Part shown: positions 59,285 through 64,000 of the stretch, piece after piece | How positions within the stretch are numbered: position 1 is the first letter of the stretch | How the letters are laid out: every line of letters starts with the position of its first letter | Assembly (NCBI RefSeq): GCF_031769215.1 | Contig: NW_026781957.1 | Coordinates: 496,001-560,000 of the forward strand | Reading direction: 5' to 3' | Origin: Ylistrum balloti | Taxonomy: Eukaryota | DNA: 64,000 bases | The notes under the pieces: model-generated | The model's database searches: none | Told to the model about the DNA's origin: nothing | What the model saw: only the letters and a program-made list of their open reading frames with translations | Made by a program: the position numbers and the translations under genes

Positions 59285-62150
59285 TGTTTTATTGTCAAGA
59301 AAATGACAATAGCATTGGGCACAAGTTAATACAACATTATTGACGCCCTCTCCTGTGATACATATTTAAACTACAAAGTAATGGCCTTGCTGGGTAAGAT
59401 AAATCTCGAATTTCGTACAACCAAAAAACAAGAAGGTAAGGGTGAGATATATATATATAAGGATTTCACAAATGTACAAGTAATATGATTTTTTTGTGAA
59501 TCAATCCTTCCGTTGATCTTTATAAATCTCTGCACACTTCGAAAAACATCAAGATTGCATTGTTTTGTCAATTTAGGAATATCTGATAATAGATTATCTG
59601 GGTTAATTTCATGGTCTATATTCAAACCGTGGAACAACTCTTATATCTGGTTTTTATAATTAGAATATTCGAAGATATGATAGGGCATTTTCATAATGAA
59701 ATCCGCGGATATAGGCAGGGTTATCAAAAATGTTAACTCTAAATAAACCATAATTAACCGAACTACAGTTATACCTTAATTTTGTATGAATAATGTTTTG
59801 CTTTAGTTAACCATATTCAACAGAACTGGGAGAAGATGTATTTTGATTTCGTGAGATGGAGTTTTTGCTGTCAGTTGTTGACGATCTGACAGCAACATCG
59901 AGATTATTCCAATAACGAAGAGGAGAAGAAAGAGAGGATGAATTAGTAGAGGAAAGTCTGAAATTGGGTAAGATAAAATCGTTAACATTTCTTAAGGGAT
60001 ATCTCGCATCTTGGTTAATTGTGTTAGGATGAATTATATTAAAAAAATTGGAGTAATACCGTTTTTTTTTTTTTTTTATTTTATACAGTAATTGAAGTTA
60101 CTTTCTTTCCCTTCTCTCACAAAGTCTTTCTAATCCTGTTTCGAAATAAAGAGAATCGTTAAGAGCATAGAATGGGAGACCGGTGATGATGCGAGCTACC
60201 TCACGCGCGTGTTTTCCCTCAAATTTCACTTTCATTAACTGTACAACCGTCCCATGATTCACTGCACTAATAAAAAATCAGCAAGATGAAAGACGTATAC
60301 ATTTTCAACAGGGTTTCTCTTTACAACATGTACTTAAGACTCACAAGAACATTTATTTTCTTCATGACAGACGTATGAATAGATGCTATGTGATCTCCCA
60401 ATTTACTTTCTGCGCTGAGAACTTCTCCCAAATGTCTATGGCTGTCACTTAAATTAGAAGTTCTTCATTGAAAGATAATTCAAAATTTCAGTCAAGATTT
60501 ACAGCGTTGGTAATAAATAAAACACTAGTTTTGTTAACAAAATGTTTGCCGATTACTTATTGAATCAAGATCTGTGTTGAGAGTATTTTCTAATCCATGA
60601 CAGGAAGATGACACGCGAAGAAATGTCTGCGAAAAGCCTCGAGTTGACAAGCAGATATATTATCAATATAAACAAGGAATAAAAACGGTCCATTTTATTA
60701 GAAATAGAACTCTGAGACACCCATGCTTTTATAGGGCCAGTACGAGAAACAGAATTTAAAATAAATACTTTCTGCTACCGATCTGATAAATAGTTAGTGA
60801 ACCAACTTACCAACTCACCAGATATTCCGTAAGACTTTAATTTAATGATGAACTCTTCGTGTCAAACACGGTCAAAAATCTTAGAAATGTCATAGAACAC
60901 TAAACAAGAATGTTTCCTTTCTTCTAGAGCTATACATCAGGCTACATTTCTACTGACTAATTAAGTGTGGAATGATTTGGCATAAAACCTGACTACTGTT
61001 AATAAAAAAATGAGTTTTTCCCCCAAAAAAGTTATAAATATACATGTATTTGAAAACAATTATTTCAAAAACTTTACCAACTGAGGATAACAAAGGGATT
61101 AGTCGATTATTAGACGGTTGATGTGTATCACCCTTTTTAATAGAGGCATTACTTTTGCTAGTTTTCAAGCTNNNNNNNNNNNNNNNNNNNNNNNNNNNNN
61201 NNNNNNNNNNNNNNNNNNNNNNNNNNNNNNNNNNNNNNNNNNNNNNNNNNNNNNNNNNNNNNNNNNNNNNNNNNNNNNNNNNNNNNNNNNNNNNNNNNNN
61301 NNNNNNNNNNNNNNNNNNNNNNNNNNNNNNNNNNNNNNNNNNNNNNNNNNNNNNNNNNNNNNNNNNNNNNNNNNNNNNNNNNNNNNNNNNNNNNNNNNNN
61401 NNNNNNNNNNNNNNNNNNNNNNNNNNNNNNNNNNNNNNNNNNNNNNNNNNNNNNNNNNNNNNNNNNNNNNNNNNNNNNGATAGCATACAGTACTGGTAGT
61501 AGATTTTAACATTTAATTGATAATACCATCAACACCAGATGATTTACCTAACTTCAAAACTTGAAAGATGTCGGTAATTTCTTGGGCATTAATTCATAAG
61601 GAGTTCATATTTTGTTCAGTCCTGTTCTGAACTACAAGTAACTCAACAGACAGAAGCATCATCAATGTTAGATATGGAACAAGTCGTTTAACATGTTTGC
61701 CTTTACCACATCGTCTGTAACAGTTTCATCATCATCAATGTTAGATATGGAACAAGTCGTTTAACATGTTTGCCTTTACCACATCGTCTGTAACAGTTTC
61801 ATTAGATATTGGGTCTAAAAGAGTTAGACTTGACCTGACCAGTGCTCGGTGGGATCACGCTGCTGAACACTCATTTCATTTTCGGTTCTTATTTTACAAG
61901 ACTTTAAAATGATAATTAAATGTCAATTAAGAGACAAACATGTTGGGTCTAATATGGGTATAACCCATTCTATAAACGATATACTGTACTTTCGAAATCA
62001 GTGTCGATCCACTGACCCTAATATTTTTCAGCAGAAACCAGAAACACTGATATTTTTCCTTACACCGTACAAGATCGTCCATTTCCTTCAGATTACCCTC
62101 ACCTTTTGCCCAAACTTTCACAAAAATTACATCATTTTTATCAAACGCCG
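59285..62150 (-). mobile_element. Decayed, 5'-truncated CR1/L2-type LINE (RT region and 3' end)
   Basis: Minus-strand fragments with stops and frameshifts: LKLGKSSGVDGI, IKKGD..PSN.RLIPLLSSVGKVFE.IVFK, VFYDISKIFDRV*HE…KLKSYGISG.L.SWFTNYLSDR, GVSQ.S..GPFLFLVYI, RLFADI, HLGEVL, ARIITG, IIHTKLRYNCS, VFRSVQRFIK. AATAAA near 59290. Confidence 0.88.
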
Positions 62151-62970
62151 CTGAACTTTTTTTCTACATTATTTGAATTTCGATATATATCTGTAAAACC
62201 CGACATTTTGTCATGCTTCCTATTTCTTTTGTATTATAAAAAAAACAGGTTATAGACATCAAATAGTCATCTCGACAGGACTGAAATCAACAATGACAAA
62301 TACAAATTATACACATCATATAGAGCCATTATGTAATTTCGATTTTAACGTATTCGCCTCTTTAAGACATTGATGGAACTCTTCATTCTGGAGGGACAAA
62401 AGAGAGCTAAATAATTTGACAGGTAGCCGCCACGTGCAGTGCTTTCCGTTGTACAGGTAAGTCAACAGTATATGCATAATTTAAGTAACACCGGGGTCCC
62501 TTGTTTGACCAATCTCCTCTGACAATTGGTCACCATATGGACAAGTTTTTACGAGTATCAGTGTCAAGCCGTACTGAGCACACGACATGAAGACGGCGTT
62601 AATACTTAAAATCAACACTCGGACGGGGGAGTTGTCCCCTCAACATTCTCATTGATAAAAGAATAGTAATATTTGTGTCCTTCGTGATTTTAATGTCTGG
62701 CGTGAATTTGAGAAATCCACAGAAAGCAGTTCGATCCCCACGCGATATGCGGGACTTCTCCAGAACATCGAACAGTTACCTCCCGCTTTTGGCAACCTCT
62801 CCCGCTTCTTACTCCCGATTTCAACCAATCGGAATAGACGATTTTGGCCCAATCAAAACAACAGTTGACCGTTTCTCCAAGTAGGTTGACCATCTGCCAT
62901 ATCTTTAAGCTGAAGGCCTTAAAGTTGTATTTAGTCTAGTCTATAAGTCAAAGATTCAGCACGTGTTTCC

Positions 62971-63099
62971 ATGGCACTGACACCTCCGAAATCCAATCCG
63001 AAACGTCAGAGATATCCAACGAAATACCAGGTTCACTGGGAAAAAGAATTTCCATGGATCGGAAAACATTCGACGAGCAAAACAACTGCTTTTTGTAAG
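62971..63099 (+). CDS. Probable first coding exon of a TTF/hAT-type zinc-finger protein; continues beyond the window
   Basis: MALTPPKSNPKRQRYPTKYQVHWEKEFPWIGKHSTSKTTAFCK, then a strong donor AAG|gtaagc (phase 0). The W..EFPW…AFC pattern is typical of the start of TTF/hAT-associated zinc fingers. Acceptor ttcag| 11 nt upstream. Confidence 0.55.
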
Positions 63100-64000
63100 G
63101 TAAGCTTGTTTATATCTTTTCACGTGTTTTATTATCTCATTTATACTTGAAAACCTGAAACAAATATTGTTGCAGAGGAATGTTAATAAACATCATGATG
63201 TCAAGACATCAACGTGAAGTGTCCACTTTTTAATCGTAACAGTCTTTACCATGCCTTTGATTGTCTGAATTTCATTAAAAAAAGTGAAAATGCAGAATTG
63301 CAAAAAAAACTTGATACTAAACCTTTCCTGCTTTTATCAACATTCCTTTGCAGTATATGGTCACATGCCCGCTGGACAACATTGGTTTCCCATGCAGTTT
63401 TATTTCAAATAAAAAAAAAAGAAAAAAAAACACTCTTGTCTCATTTGTTAAGTTCATGTAGTTTATCATTTTCATAACTGCTGCAAAATAAATGATATGT
63501 TGTTGGTAAATTTATAAAACTCAAGACCTAATCACAATCTGAATGATAAGTTTGCAAATTGGTTTTTCTATTACACATTTTGATAGGAATATCTGTAATG
63601 TATCCTTGATTTCAAAAATGAGAAACATTTAAAGGGAGGATTGTTTTTTAAGAAATCACTACACACAACAGCTCGTGTGAGGTGACATTAATTTATACTA
63701 CTTTGTCATTTGAAATTTATTCACAAGTGGGCCTGTCACTTTCTAAATGAAAATGAGTAGTAACAAATTGATGAATGAGACTTTGGTCCAATGGATATGT
63801 TCTGATAATTTAGTCTTAAGTGAGTAGCCAGTGATGACTGGAGTGACAAGTGGTTTGTTTACATTCTCTGTCAGCAGTATGAAAACAGCAGTAACACATG
63901 TGTCAGCGCATGGTAGTTAATTAGTTCACAGGAATTCCATTAAGTAAAAAACAGGAGTCCCTACACCACAGAGCAACATGCATGTTGCCATCGCCTCCAA

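Noticed and set aside
62649-62893. GC-richer segment with short ORFs on both strands and donor-like sites
   Set aside because: Strand and frame cannot be decided, and there is no motif. It may be 5' UTR or promoter of the zinc-finger exon.

Overview
Eukaryotic genomic DNA, intron- and minisatellite-rich, with N gaps at 3997-4961, 8685-9000, 9014-9262, 9446-9665, 25869-26031 and 61172-61478. Gene content and repeat style suggest an invertebrate, probably a bivalve mollusc (inference). Exons were assembled by hand from GT-AG sites and phase matching. Genes: (1) 3' part of a Toll-like receptor (+, to 1091). (2) A 3-exon ~128-aa two-TM protein the ORF track misses (-, 26422 to 18301). (3) A 2-coding-exon ~1106-aa MYORG-family GH31 type II membrane protein (+, 28239-31833) that appears to lack both catalytic aspartates and carries four RVxF-type motifs in a long disordered N-terminus. 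(4) A 7-exon ~1317-aa receptor with two tandem mGluR-type Venus flytrap domains, one TM helix and a disordered tail, with no 7TM or cyclase domain (-, 52098 to 38417). (5) An orphan ~328-aa disordered ORF directly downstream of a CRE/CRE/E-box cluster (-, 58420 to 57434). (6) A short exon resembling the start of a TTF/hAT-type zinc finger (+, 62971-63099). Also a decayed CR1/L2-type LINE, a tRNA-like SINE remnant, and about 20 unrelated tandem-repeat arrays covering roughly 19 kb (~30%), which generate most of the long ORFs in the track.
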